Positions 18,992 through 29,723 of a DNA stretch of 57,002 bases are shown here, in pieces. The DNA lies in IMG/VR virus record IMGVR_UViG_3300018080_000211, positions 1-57,002 of that record; one strand, 5' to 3'. The notes under the pieces were generated by a model, which made no database searches, was not told the origin of the DNA, and saw nothing but the letters and a program-made list of their open reading frames with translations. Made by a program: the position numbers and the translations under genes. Position 1 is the stretch's first letter. Each line of letters opens with the position of its first letter. The stretch is from a virus. Its lineage: Duplodnaviria; Caudoviricetes.

Positions 18992-19496
18992 TCAGCGACC
19001 GACTCGGGAGTTGAAATATGACTCATATCAATCGAAGGTTGTCAAGCGATTAGTCGAGATGCTCATGGAATATGAGGATAACCACGGCAACAAGATATTC
19101 GAGCAGTTCAAGGGCAACATATTCTACAACGCCAAGAAGTCAATCCCTGACACGAGGTATCCTGCGTTGTTCATCTTTGTGGACAGTGGGAGTCGTGAGC
19201 CATTCGGGATAAAGAGGCAGGACATTTGGAATTTGCCAGTCAAGGTAATGTTGTACACCCTTGACCGCTCGGAGAATGACATGGATGACCACTACAAGTG
19301 GATTGAAGGCTTGGACAGAGTATGCCGAGTCAATCCACGATGGCATCTTGATGGCAAAGAGGATTTGTCCATACACAAGGGGGATTTGGATTCATGGGCA
19401 TACAACTTTGCCTTTGGCGACAACTTCGTCATATCTGAAACGGATGCGACCGTGAATGTCATGACGAAGATGTGCCTTGCAAATCAAATTAGTTGA
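18984..19496 (+). CDS. Probable tail terminator
   Basis: Gene position; YPALFI motif. Confidence 0.6.
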   Translation: MANQRPTRELKYDSYQSKVVKRLVEMLMEYEDNHGNKIFEQFKGNIFYNAKKSIPDTRYPALFIFVDSGSREPFGIKRQDIWNLPVKVMLYTLDRSENDMDDHYKWIEGLDRVCRVNPRWHLDGKEDLSIHKGDLDSWAYNFAFGDNFVISETDATVNVMTKMCLANQIS

Positions 19497-19507
19497 GGTG
19501 AAATACA

Positions 19508-19794
19508 TGAAAGATGTGACAACAGCTACACTGGAACAGGAATTGAAAAAGGCAGACAAACTCATCACTTCGGCTGAACAAGACTTGGACAGTGCTAAAC
19601 AGTCAAAAGCTCCTCGCAGCACTGTCAAACACTTGGAAGAGCGAGTCAAGGCGCTCGGGAGCAAAAGGAAGCGCATTGAGGCAGCTCTCTCCAAGCACAC
19701 GAAAGCAATCAACAGCGAGGAGCAGACACAGGACACAAAGAAGGCCGCAGCACCCAGCGGTAAAAAGGGTGCAAAGAAGGAAGGTGATGAATAA
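19508..19794 (+). CDS. Small basic coiled-coil protein
   Basis: GAGGTGA RBS before MKDVTT; start approximate. Confidence 0.55.
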
Positions 19795-20774
19795 TGGTGA
19801 AGTGCAACGAAACACTCGCAGGCTTCGAGGGAGTCGTTGGATGGGGAAATGAAGACCCATGTGGCACACCGCTCGACAGTGGCGCACTCTCTCCTCTTCT
19901 CAACTTCGGAGTTGTGACAGACTTCAGCCCTGATGGATGGTACAACTCGAGGACAAAGCGAAGAGGGATTGGCAACCAAGGGATAACCCAAAACCGTTTA
20001 ACCAGCATAGTGGGTGGTTTTGGTGTGGAATATGCGGCAGTCGATAGCTTACTACAGGCAAGACTTGAGAAGGCATTCGGTGGAACAGGTGTACTGGAAA
20101 ATCATCTGGACACATCCTTCGTGGAAGCAGCGCTCAATCGAGCGAGTGCGACCGTGCAGCAATTGCGCTATCTCTACAACATGTGCAAAATCGTGGACTT
20201 TGAGATTGCCATCTCTATCGATGAGCCAATCATGATAACCGAGAATGCGATTGCGCAGTATGTGAGGAAGGCTACAAGCAAGAGCTATCCTGCGGTTGTC
20301 GATGAGACAACCGACACAATCTTTGATGCCATAACCATAGGTGCTGACCCAGCAGACATTAGCGAGGATATGCTGATGTACTATGAGGGTGAGCCAATCC
20401 TCGTTGAAGACCCACTCGGAACGCCAACTGACCTCATCCTCGATGGCGTCAGCAACATGACTTTCGCTCTCGCTCGGAACACCGAGCAACGCAGAGGCAT
20501 CCGAAGAGGTCTGATTGGAAGGATGGCCTATGAGCAGGCAGAAGGTGTCAGGGATTTGACACTGACGATAACCAAGGATTTCCACGATGCTGAAGAGTAT
20601 GACCGCATGGTCGCCAACGAAGGCTTCGACTTCAAGTTTGATGTGGGAACAACTCGCATCACGCTTGTCGGTGGAAGGTGGGAAGGAACACCGCCAGCAA
20701 TTGCCGAAGAGGATTTGGTGGCTGAAGACCTGACTGCTTCCTTTGAGAGTGCGACATACGCAACAATCCCATAG
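19794..20774 (+). CDS. Major tail (tube) protein
   Basis: 326 aa, beta-rich, upstream of chaperone and tape measure genes; no sheath gene seen. Confidence 0.75.
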   Translation: MVKCNETLAGFEGVVGWGNEDPCGTPLDSGALSPLLNFGVVTDFSPDGWYNSRTKRRGIGNQGITQNRLTSIVGGFGVEYAAVDSLLQARLEKAFGGTGVLENHLDTSFVEAALNRASATVQQLRYLYNMCKIVDFEIAISIDEPIMITENAIAQYVRKATSKSYPAVVDETTDTIFDAITIGADPADISEDMLMYYEGEPILVEDPLGTPTDLILDGVSNMTFALARNTEQRRGIRRGLIGRMAYEQAEGVRDLTLTITKDFHDAEEYDRMVANEGFDFKFDVGTTRITLVGGRWEGTPPAIAEEDLVAEDLTASFESATYATIP

Positions 20775-20819
20775 GCGCAGGGATTAATGCGCCTGAAATA
20801 TATCCACGAGGTGAAATAA

Positions 20820-21323
20820 ATGACAGAAGATACCAAAGAACAGAGCATGGAGAAGCTGTTGAAGACTCCACCGCCATCGGAGTACAAAACAGGCAGAGGC
20901 AATGTATTCATGTTTGGCAAGCCTGCTTTGAGACACAGGAAGATAGTGATGAAGGTCTTGAAGATAATGCGTGAGCCAGCAGCGGATTACAACGCCATAG
21001 TTGAGTGCGCAGAAGCGAGAGGATTGACTGTTGAGCAGTTCATCGCACTGAAAGAGAATGAGCTGACAAAAGAGGAGCTTCAGAAGATAATGAAGCACTC
21101 AACCCTTGACAGCAACATATCCTTCGCTGAATCCATGAATGAAATCCTGACGGAAGTGCTATATGCGACTATCCGCAAAGCTCCCTTCCAGTTCAGCTCT
21201 CTCGAAGAGTTTGAAAATTTGATGGATGACTATGGTGAAGCGCTCGAGCTATTCCCGATTGCCATCAAATGGGTGGCACTCGCTTCCGCAGACATAGGAA
21301 GGATTGACCGAAAAAACTTATAA
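20820..21323 (+). CDS. Tail assembly chaperone (gpG-like)
   Basis: Between tail tube and tape measure genes; ends in slippery A AAA AAC. Confidence 0.75.
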   Translation: MTEDTKEQSMEKLLKTPPPSEYKTGRGNVFMFGKPALRHRKIVMKVLKIMREPAADYNAIVECAEARGLTVEQFIALKENELTKEELQKIMKHSTLDSNISFAESMNEILTEVLYATIRKAPFQFSSLEEFENLMDDYGEALELFPIAIKWVALASADIGRIDRKNL

Positions 21324-21565
21324 GAGCCATCAAGACAGGCAAGGGAGCGCACGAACACGATGCGCTCGTGCTGCACTTCTTGTTGGACAAATATGGCGGT
21401 TATCCTGACCGATGGCTCGAACAGGATTGGGCTGTATGCATGCAGCTTCTCGATGTAAATCATATAATCGCAAAAGTCCAAGAGAGAGAGCGCAAGAAGA
21501 GGGAGCGCAAGAACAAAAACAAGCCAAGGTCAAGGCGCTCCAGAAGGCCAAGACGCAGAAGATGA
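21311..21565 (+). CDS. -1 frameshift extension of the tail chaperone (gpGT-like)
   Basis: AAAAAAC at 21311-21317; the -1 frame is open (LIRAIKTGKG...) to 21565. Confidence 0.75.
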   Translation, partial: KKLIRAIKTGKGAHEHDALVLHFLLDKYGGYPDRWLEQDWAVCMQLLDVNHIIAKVQERERKKRERKNKNKPRSRRSRRPRRRR

Positions 21566-21573
21566 GGTGAAAA

Positions 21574-23856
21574 ATGGCTGGAGAAGTCAAACTGGCAATA
21601 ATCCTGACCGCAAGCATGCGAGGAGCGGATGCTTTCGACCGAGCAGGTGGTGGGATTAAAGGGATTGCGGCAGCTGCAAAGTCAGCTATTCCTATGTTGG
21701 CCATGTTTGCTGCTCACGCAACCTTCAACTTCCTGAAGGACAGCATAAAAATTGCCATGGAATTTGAGAAGATAATGGCAGAGGCAGGTTCAATCATTGG
21801 GAAGACAGCGGATGAGGTCAAAGGTCTTGGAGATGAAATCAGAGAGATGAGTCAGCGCATCCCAAAATCCCCGAGAGATTTGGGTACAGCGTTGTACGAC
21901 ATCTTTTCAGCTGGTGTCACAGACACCGCAGATGCAATGAATGCGCTCGAGCTATCCGCAAAGGCAGCATCGGCAGGCCTGACTGAAACTGCAACAGCAG
22001 CGAAAGCAGGCATTGCTACAATGAATGCCTTTGGCATGGAAGCTTCCGACCTTGAACACATATTTGACACACAGTTTTTGACTATCAAGTATGGTATCCT
22101 TCGATATGAGGAGCTTGCCGCAGTTGTCGGTCAGCTATCGCCAGCAGCAAAGGCAGCAGGGCAATCAATGGAAAGCATGTTTGCAGGTCTTGCCATGCTC
22201 ACGCAGAAAGGTCTGAATGCAGCTGAAGCATCAACTGCTCTCGCTCGAGCTATGGAAGGCATCACGAAGCCTGCCGCAATCCGAGCTGCTGCCGAGCTTG
22301 GCATCAGCTTCGTTGAGATGACAGCAGATAGCATCACCGCTCGTGATGAATTCCTTCGTCAATCTCAATCCTTGGATGAATTGACGCAGAGCTACAACGA
22401 CACAGAAGCTTCAGTGAAATCTCTCGGAGAAGAGATGGCCAAAGTGTCCCTCGAGGAAGCCAAGAACAGATTGGAAATCAACAAAATCAAGCGTGAAGCG
22501 GAGAAGCAAGACAGGGAGTTGACCAAAGCGGAAATCGACCAAATCGAAGCTCTGGAAGAGGCAAACAAAGATTTGTCCATTCAATACAGCGAGTTGTCCG
22601 TGTCGCAACAAGAAGCTCGGATACAATCAACCGAGCTGAACAATCAACTCGAGGAGCAGAAGCTTGCGACCGAAGAGGCAAAAGCTGCATTCGATGAACA
22701 GATAGCAGCCACAGGCAACTTCCGACCGCTCGTTGACATAGTCAAAGAAATCAACGACAAGTATGGCATGCTCGGTGAAGCAGCCCAAGCAGACATAATC
22801 GGCAAGATGTTCCCTGAAGTCAGGGCACGCAGGGCAATCCTCTCAATCTTGGGGAGCGAGGAAGAGATGATGGCCATGACCGATGAGATGATGAATCAGG
22901 CTGGAGCGATGGGTGAAGCCTATGCCATCAATACAGACACAGCCGCAGCAGGTCATCAACTCATGCAAAACTCGGTCGAGGATTTGCAAATTCAGATTGG
23001 CGAAGAGATGATGCCTGTCATGGAGTATTGGAATGAGATAATGCGTGATGCGATTATTCCACTAATCAAGAATGCCTTCATCCCAATCCTCGAAGCCATG
23101 ATGCCGATAATCAAAGTGATGGCAGAAGTGCTTGGATGGATTGCGGGAATATTTGCCGAGTATCCCGAGCTGCTTTGGGCAATCATTGGAGCAATCATTG
23201 CTTGGAAGGTCGCACAGATTGCACTGAACATAGCTATGACTGCAAATCCGATTGGCCTGATAATCACGGCAATCGCTCTGCTGGTCGCTGGCATACTTAT
23301 CCTTCTCGACAAGCTCGGATTACTCGAGCCAATATGGGAAGCTATCACTGGGACATTTCAGTGGTTGTACGACTCCATACTCAAGCCTGTGTTCGATGGC
23401 ATAATCACCTTTGTAGATTTAATCGTGGGAGCTATCGAATGGATGGCTGAACAAATCGACAAATACTTTGGTTGGATAATCGATGCTGTCAGTGGTGTGG
23501 CAGATGTGCTTGGTGGCATTGGCGATTTCTTTGGTGGGATTGGCGGTGCTATAGGTGGCTTCTTTGGATTTCAAGAGGGTGGCATCATCACACAACCAAC
23601 GCTTGGCCTTCTCGGTGAAGCAGGAGCTGAAGCGGTCATTCCCCTGAAGAATGGTGCAGTGCCCGTGGAAATCGTTGGCAGGGGTGGTGTTCCTGCTGGC
23701 GATAGTGGTGGAACGATACAAACCCATGATACCTATACCATAACGATACAAGCAGGTGCGCTTCCACAAACGGAAACACCAGAGAGCTTGAGCGAGAAGC
23801 TTGTGGATGCTATGGTTGAGGCAAAGAAGAGAGGTGCGACAGGACAAGTGATATAA
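21574..23856 (+). CDS. Tape measure protein (TP901-like)
   Basis: Ala/Gly-rich helical protein; ANPIGLII motif; FQEGGII...GEAGAEAVIPL. Confidence 0.92.
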   Translation: MAGEVKLAIILTASMRGADAFDRAGGGIKGIAAAAKSAIPMLAMFAAHATFNFLKDSIKIAMEFEKIMAEAGSIIGKTADEVKGLGDEIREMSQRIPKSPRDLGTALYDIFSAGVTDTADAMNALELSAKAASAGLTETATAAKAGIATMNAFGMEASDLEHIFDTQFLTIKYGILRYEELAAVVGQLSPAAKAAGQSMESMFAGLAMLTQKGLNAAEASTALARAMEGITKPAAIRAAAELGISFVEMTADSITARDEFLRQSQSLDELTQSYNDTEASVKSLGEEMAKVSLEEAKNRLEINKIKREAEKQDRELTKAEIDQIEALEEANKDLSIQYSELSVSQQEARIQSTELNNQLEEQKLATEEAKAAFDEQIAATGNFRPLVDIVKEINDKYGMLGEAAQADIIGKMFPEVRARRAILSILGSEEEMMAMTDEMMNQAGAMGEAYAINTDTAAAGHQLMQNSVEDLQIQIGEEMMPVMEYWNEIMRDAIIPLIKNAFIPILEAMMPIIKVMAEVLGWIAGIFAEYPELLWAIIGAIIAWKVAQIALNIAMTANPIGLIITAIALLVAGILILLDKLGLLEPIWEAITGTFQWLYDSILKPVFDGIITFVDLIVGAIEWMAEQIDKYFGWIIDAVSGVADVLGGIGDFFGGIGGAIGGFFGFQEGGIITQPTLGLLGEAGAEAVIPLKNGAVPVEIVGRGGVPAGDSGGTIQTHDTYTITIQAGALPQTETPESLSEKLVDAMVEAKKRGATGQVI

Positions 23857-24080
23857 TGACAGAAGAGAGCAAAGGAATATATTTGGATGCAACGGATGGG
23901 AAGCTGAAAGACATCAGCACTGATGAGGAGCTGCCTATGCACGAGCTTGAACACTCGGAATATGGCCTGATAAAATATGTCGAGTATCAAGGAGTGAATG
24001 TTGTGTATTGGACAGACTATCAGGAGAATGAATTGGTCATGCCACTTCCTTCCGATTGGGAAGATGAGATTGAGGAGTGA
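23856..24080 (+). CDS. Small acidic hypothetical protein
   Basis: Overlaps the tape measure stop codon. Confidence 0.55.
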   Translation: MTEESKGIYLDATDGKLKDISTDEELPMHELEHSEYGLIKYVEYQGVNVVYWTDYQENELVMPLPSDWEDEIEE

Positions 24081-24087
24081 GGTTTGA

Positions 24088-24693
24088 ATGGGCTTAATCT
24101 CGACTGTGGAAATATTGCCAGATGCTGACAACACCTTAATGCAGATATTTCCAACTTGGAATAATGGAGCATCTGTGTTCAATACGGTGGGTTCAGATAC
24201 TACAGGGTATGCAAGGCATGCATTGATGAGGTTCAAAATACCTCAATTCACAGGAAGGATTAAAGAAGCTCATTTGCGACTCTACATCCATCAATTCGCA
24301 GATAAAGAGATTGCTTTTATGATAGTTGACTCCCCACAGGATGACATTTGGATTGAGGGCAATTCATCTATGACTACTGACCCAGAAGGTAGCACATGGA
24401 ATGAATATGCAAAAGACTTCCCTTGGGCTGCCGCAGGTGGCGATTTCGGTGATATGCCTATCGCAATCAAGATATTCTCGGCATCAGACCCAACAGGTTG
24501 GTACAATATAGACTTGCCTCTGGACAACATAACCTTCAGCGCTGGGAAGACAATATCATTGATTGCAATTCCAGCAGAAACGCTTGCCGTGAGCAACGAG
24601 TTCATATCATGGGGTTCAAAAGAGCGAGTATCACCTGATTGGCGACCTCGACTTATACTTACATTGGATGAGGGGTTGGAAGAATATGACTGA
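24088..24693 (+). CDS. DNRLRE-domain protein
   Basis: DADN...RHALMRF...A.LRLY...WIEG...TWN...W...GGD...SKE...RPRL. Confidence 0.75.
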   Translation: MGLISTVEILPDADNTLMQIFPTWNNGASVFNTVGSDTTGYARHALMRFKIPQFTGRIKEAHLRLYIHQFADKEIAFMIVDSPQDDIWIEGNSSMTTDPEGSTWNEYAKDFPWAAAGGDFGDMPIAIKIFSASDPTGWYNIDLPLDNITFSAGKTISLIAIPAETLAVSNEFISWGSKERVSPDWRPRLILTLDEGLEEYD

Positions 24694-27600
24694 AGTAAAA
24701 ATGATAATACCTGTGGAGATTGATGCGTTCATAAAGAGCAGTGCACCAGACTACAATTATGGTGGGCACAGCAAGATTTATGTTGGCGATAAGATAACAG
24801 CTGTTGGCGTGCTGCATGAACTAAATCGAGGATTGTTGAGATTTCAAATGCCAGAGTTTGAAGGCACTGTAAAATCTCAACAGCTCAAGATTTATCAGAG
24901 CGGTTATGGTGGGTCAGCTCCCTTCCCTGTCGGAATTTACTTAATGAAAGAAGCTCATAGTGAGCTTTGGATTGAAGGCACTGATAACGGTGCTACATCT
25001 ACTGGTGGCTGTACATGGAAGGATATGGCACTTGGCTTCGATTGGGATAATGTCGGTGGAGATTTCGATGAGCAAGAGATTGCTTTGCTTGAGTTGGATA
25101 CTTCGAGCGGTTGGAAAATATTCATTATTCCGACCGAGAGCTTCACGGTTGAAAGTGGGAACAAGCATTCATTCTTCCTGAAGTTTGGGAATGAGGATGA
25201 CAGGATTGAGAAGTGGGTTGAATTCTCCTCAAGAGTTGGTGTGCTGGATGCATATCTTGAAATCACTGTCGATGTGGATGGATGGGATGCTCCGATAGTC
25301 AGCGCTCACGGTGTTACATCAGAGGAGATACTGGTGGAGTGGGAGAAGACAGAGCTTGAAGAGTTTATGTTTCAACATTATCTATTGGAGCAATCGGATA
25401 CAGGCACTGGCGGATGGACTACTCTGGCGACAATCACTGACATAAATCAAACCAGCTTCAATCACACAGGCCTTGTGACACAAGGTGATGTTGACGATTA
25501 CGATGAAGACAACGACACCTATCCAAACGGCAGGACAAAGTATTATCGAATATCTGTTGTATCAAATGTATTCTCCACTGCCACTGCTTATGGAGAAGCT
25601 AATGGAACAACCATTCCAGTCGTCAGACCGATGAAGATGGACTCATTGATACCAAAGTCAAAATTCTCTGGCGAGGATTTCATAAACGACAACAAAGCCT
25701 TCCCACCGTATGGTGTTCAAATAATACCTGCTTGGTATGATGACGAGGACACGACCGAGCTGGAGAACATCGCACAGATTAAGCTCAAATGGGATGTGCG
25801 AGTCAATGTATGGTCATCGAAGCCTGACGAGATATTCACTGAATGGGACTTCGAGAATGGCTTCATCCTAAAGGGAGCTGCTGGCTATGTGCTGTACAGA
25901 TTAAAGGCTGAAGCTCGGGACACTGGTGGCTTGATAAGGAAGTTCACAGACGACAAGACAACCGAGCAATCTGAAATCACATTCCCTGCACCATGTCCTG
26001 TGGTGCTTCCAAATGGTCTGCTTGCGAGCAATCCACCACGACTTTTTGGCCCATATGACAGTGGAAAAATAGCTGTGGATTTGAGCTTCGCAGGACAGCA
26101 AGCTGGAGATAGAATATTCACTGAAGACTTCCTTGAAGAAGTATCAGACAAATGGCTCTCTCATAAAACAGGTGGAGCAAAGACACCAATATATTCATTC
26201 CTTCCTTCAGGAGCGAATTGGTTCAGCGATGATTTCGAGAGCTATCCATTTGGAGCGCAAAATCCTACTCCACCATGGCGCATGATATATGGAGCGCAAA
26301 TATCAATCAACACAGCTGGCTCTTATCAAGGGACACAACACATGACAGACTCTGGTGGAGTGGCGCTTGATTTCCCGATACCAAAATCTTTTATTTTTGC
26401 GATGAGAAGTGATGCAAGCCTATCCAATAATTATGCCAGAATGATGTTCAAAAGCGGATTGCCATATCACCCTTCGCCAAACTTATTCTATGTACAAGTG
26501 CGTGGCCCAACTGGCATCATAGAATATGAGGGAGATAGTGGTGTACAGACTGGCCCAACGATTGGCAGCACCTCGTGGATGTTATTCAGAGTATCCTATG
26601 ACGCTATCGCACAAACTTTCGACCTGTATTATTATCCATCTGGCGTTGAAACTCTTATCGCTTCTGGAATTGGAGCGAATGGGACAATCAAATACAACGA
26701 TGTGTATGCTGCCATAATAAGCAATGTATCCTCTGCTTCATATTGGCACTTGGATGCCGTTCAAATACCAAAGAACGAAGTGATGATATTAGGACACAGT
26801 GGTGGCTCTGGCGCATCACTCATTGCCAAAAAATTCTGCCAAGACCTTCCGAACAAATACAACGCATATTTCGAGAAGTACACTGGTGGGTATCGCTCCA
26901 GAATAATCCTTCGATATGATGATGCTTGGAATTTTCCAAATGAACCAACGATGTCAAGAATAAATATGATTGTAACACAAGTTGCTTTTGATATAACTCC
27001 GACAAGCTGGTTGTATAGTGGATATTATATCAGATTTTTTGATGACCTCGCTCGTGTAGATACTATTAGATTGTATGCAGACAAAAATATTGGAAGCTCC
27101 ACGAGAGGATTTTTGGCTCAATTCAATTTAGGTGCAGGCGATGGAGCGCTCCGAAGTGCAAACAAAGAAAAATATATATTGATTGAAATAATTACATCAC
27201 CGCTGTGGGATGAAACTGGCGCACTTAAAGGCAGTGTAATTTATGTCATCTACAATATTGCTGATACACTTGATGATGTGAAAAATATCGATTACGATAC
27301 TCACCCATACATCTTTGAATATGAAGATACTGCCATACCATCGGATGAACAACAACACTACACTGGAAGATATGGACTTACAAATTCATCGAGTGTAAGC
27401 CAAACTGATGCAAAGCTATACATACACGAACAATGGCTTGAGGGAAGAGTTCAAGGAGAAGTATATGGAATCAAGGACATCAACAAAGGTGTGGTATTTC
27501 CAACGAGCACTTCAAAGAAGCCTATTGTACCTTTGGCCTGCGCTCCTGACCAATTGTTTGAAACAGTCTTGCTCGAGGGAAGAGCGAAGAATGAATATGG

Positions 27601-28318
27601 TGCTCAAAGTCAGACAAACGAAATCGACAACTATCAAGGTGATTTATTCTACAACACACCACCAATCGCATTCCTTGCAGCTCCAAAGATTGGATACACA
27701 AATCAGGGTGTTCTCCTCGATGGCTCTCAATCAGTTGATTTTGAAGGTGGAAGCCTTGTTTACATTTGGGACTTTGGTGACAGCAGCTCGATTGAAACGA
27801 CTGACTCTTCAATAAGCCATGTTTACACCACGGCAGGAGTTTACACCGTGAAACTCAAGGTCAGAGATGAAGCTGGACTCGAGAGTGCTGAAGTTGAAGC
27901 TCTCCTGACAATCATTGACGCCCTCGAGCAATTCCAATTAGTCGAGCTTATGAGCCCATGGATTTCAATCTCTCAATCCTCACCCACTGGGACAGGTGTG
28001 ACATCTCTTCCTGAAGTCGATTATGATGTTGTACAAACCATGGAAGGTGGAAACAGGATATTCAACCTGACTGGTGTACACAATGACCCAGATTGCAGTC
28101 ATGACGCTGCTACACAAATCGAGCTTGCGACTTCAGAGAAGGATTTCATACACTTCCTCAAGAACAACGGGCAACTCATAACACTCGACCTCGAGTTTTA
28201 TGGCAAGGTGAAGGGAGTAATCACTGACCACAAACCTTCAATGACAGTGGATGACCAAAATGCATATGCCTTCTCGATGACCTTCCAAGAGGTCGATGTC
28301 AGGCAGTTTGAGGAGTGA
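24686..28318 (+). CDS. Large tail adhesin: DNRLRE + FN3-like + lectin-like + PKD domains
   Basis: IDAFI...NYG...RGLLRF...SSR (DNRLRE); W...YYRISVV (FN3); LDGSQS.D...YIWDFGD...HVYTTAGVYTVKLKVRD (PKD). Confidence 0.8.
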   Translation: MTEVKMIIPVEIDAFIKSSAPDYNYGGHSKIYVGDKITAVGVLHELNRGLLRFQMPEFEGTVKSQQLKIYQSGYGGSAPFPVGIYLMKEAHSELWIEGTDNGATSTGGCTWKDMALGFDWDNVGGDFDEQEIALLELDTSSGWKIFIIPTESFTVESGNKHSFFLKFGNEDDRIEKWVEFSSRVGVLDAYLEITVDVDGWDAPIVSAHGVTSEEILVEWEKTELEEFMFQHYLLEQSDTGTGGWTTLATITDINQTSFNHTGLVTQGDVDDYDEDNDTYPNGRTKYYRISVVSNVFSTATAYGEANGTTIPVVRPMKMDSLIPKSKFSGEDFINDNKAFPPYGVQIIPAWYDDEDTTELENIAQIKLKWDVRVNVWSSKPDEIFTEWDFENGFILKGAAGYVLYRLKAEARDTGGLIRKFTDDKTTEQSEITFPAPCPVVLPNGLLASNPPRLFGPYDSGKIAVDLSFAGQQAGDRIFTEDFLEEVSDKWLSHKTGGAKTPIYSFLPSGANWFSDDFESYPFGAQNPTPPWRMIYGAQISINTAGSYQGTQHMTDSGGVALDFPIPKSFIFAMRSDASLSNNYARMMFKSGLPYHPSPNLFYVQVRGPTGIIEYEGDSGVQTGPTIGSTSWMLFRVSYDAIAQTFDLYYYPSGVETLIASGIGANGTIKYNDVYAAIISNVSSASYWHLDAVQIPKNEVMILGHSGGSGASLIAKKFCQDLPNKYNAYFEKYTGGYRSRIILRYDDAWNFPNEPTMSRINMIVTQVAFDITPTSWLYSGYYIRFFDDLARVDTIRLYADKNIGSSTRGFLAQFNLGAGDGALRSANKEKYILIEIITSPLWDETGALKGSVIYVIYNIADTLDDVKNIDYDTHPYIFEYEDTAIPSDEQQHYTGRYGLTNSSSVSQTDAKLYIHEQWLEGRVQGEVYGIKDINKGVVFPTSTSKKPIVPLACAPDQLFETVLLEGRAKNEYGAQSQTNEIDNYQGDLFYNTPPIAFLAAPKIGYTNQGVLLDGSQSVDFEGGSLVYIWDFGDSSSIETTDSSISHVYTTAGVYTVKLKVRDEAGLESAEVEALLTIIDALEQFQLVELMSPWISISQSSPTGTGVTSLPEVDYDVVQTMEGGNRIFNLTGVHNDPDCSHDAATQIELATSEKDFIHFLKNNGQLITLDLEFYGKVKGVITDHKPSMTVDDQNAYAFSMTFQEVDVRQFEE

Positions 28319-29418
28319 TAATGCCGTACAAACCAAGCGTGAAGTTGGAGCTGAACGATGCGAGGTTCAAGCAATGGAATAGCATCACGATAAAACAGAT
28401 GCTCAACGCTCTCTCTTCCATCAGTGTAAATCTTCCCAATCCTGCTGGTTTGCGCACCACTCTTGCGGTCGAGGATATGCCCATGAAGGTCTATCTCGGT
28501 TGGGATACTGATGACCCACCGCTCCGCTTCGATGGTTATCACGATGACCCAGCTTGGAGCGTGGCAACAGGCAACATGGCAGTCGGTCTGACAGGTCGTG
28601 ATTTCGGTCGGATACTATTTGACGAGATGACAGTGGATGATAACTTCTTGGCATATGGCAATCCTATCGGACAAGCTTACATTCTCACCTTCATATCCTA
28701 TCTCGCTGACAGCCTATCGACTCCATTGCCAAAGCTATTCAATCGAAACACAGATGTCGATGACGATGAAAATTTTCAGTACACATTCGGATATGAGAAG
28801 GTGATTGATGCCCTCAAGAAGCTGATTCAATATGGTGGATATGAATGGCTGATGACATATGACCAAGACAACAATCGTCAATTCATAGTGAGGCCACCGA
28901 AGGATTTGACGCCAGAGAATGTCACACATGCTTTCATAGTCGGTGAAAAAGGCAACTATCCAGACTTGCCATTGAATGCGAGTGTACATCATGTAGAGTC
29001 ATTGAGAGTCAAGAAGGAATTTGGCTTCAAGAAAAATTATGTCAGAGTTCAAGGAGAGGGAAGCGTGAATGCGGTGTATCCACTTGCTCCACCCTCGACT
29101 CCCAAACACCTGTACCACGAAGATGATGGCATCAGCAGCTCTGATGACGCTCTCATTGTGGCAAGGAGAATATACACAGAACGGTCTGCCCCAAAGATCC
29201 TCGTGGATTTCAGTGGGATAGGTGTGGAGCAATTGAGGGTGGGCGATGTAGTGTATGTCAACGACCATCGATATGGCGCATCACAGCTTCCCTCGAATAT
29301 CTTCAGACTCATCGAGATAAACGACACAATCACGATGTCGGGATGGAAGGCCACCTATAAAGTGGCAGATTTTGTCCCTACTCTGTTTCAGTTCATAGAT
29401 GGGACAATCGGCCTGTAA
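28315..29418 (+). CDS. Tail tip / baseplate hub-like protein
   Basis: GRDFG, NYVRVQG and LRVGDVVYV motifs; last gene of the tail module. Confidence 0.65.
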   Translation: MIMPYKPSVKLELNDARFKQWNSITIKQMLNALSSISVNLPNPAGLRTTLAVEDMPMKVYLGWDTDDPPLRFDGYHDDPAWSVATGNMAVGLTGRDFGRILFDEMTVDDNFLAYGNPIGQAYILTFISYLADSLSTPLPKLFNRNTDVDDDENFQYTFGYEKVIDALKKLIQYGGYEWLMTYDQDNNRQFIVRPPKDLTPENVTHAFIVGEKGNYPDLPLNASVHHVESLRVKKEFGFKKNYVRVQGEGSVNAVYPLAPPSTPKHLYHEDDGISSSDDALIVARRIYTERSAPKILVDFSGIGVEQLRVGDVVYVNDHRYGASQLPSNIFRLIEINDTITMSGWKATYKVADFVPTLFQFIDGTIGL

Positions 29419-29497
29419 GGATACAACCCCATCATAATCGCCACGAAATTGGCCAAATACGGCAAGAAAATGGAAAGGGTGGGGGAATAATCCCCCA

Positions 29498-29710
29498 TTA
29501 TGCGCTTCCACACCCATCGAAGAGCGTGCCGAGTCCAGCTGCGGCATTCTCCTCGCTGGTTGGTGCGCAATCCTCGACCGCTTCCCTGAAGAGCTTGCGG
29601 AGAGGTGGCTTGGCGTTCAGGATTGTCACAAGCTCCTTGACATCGAAATCCTTTGTCAACTCTTTGCCTGTTTCCCTCTTGAATGCTTCCAACAGAGTAT
29701 CTTTGACCAT
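29498..29710 (-). CDS. Small hypothetical protein
   Basis: GCAGGAGTG RBS; MVKDTLLEAFKRETG. Confidence 0.6.
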   Translation of the reverse strand: MVKDTLLEAFKRETGKELTKDFDVKELVTILNAKPPLRKLFREAVEDCAPTSEENAAAGLGTLFDGCGSA

Positions 29711-29723
29711 GTTCAAACACTCC

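Noticed and set aside
24088-29418. Diversity-generating retroelement targeting the adhesins
   Set aside because: No reverse transcriptase gene or template/variable repeat pair was seen.
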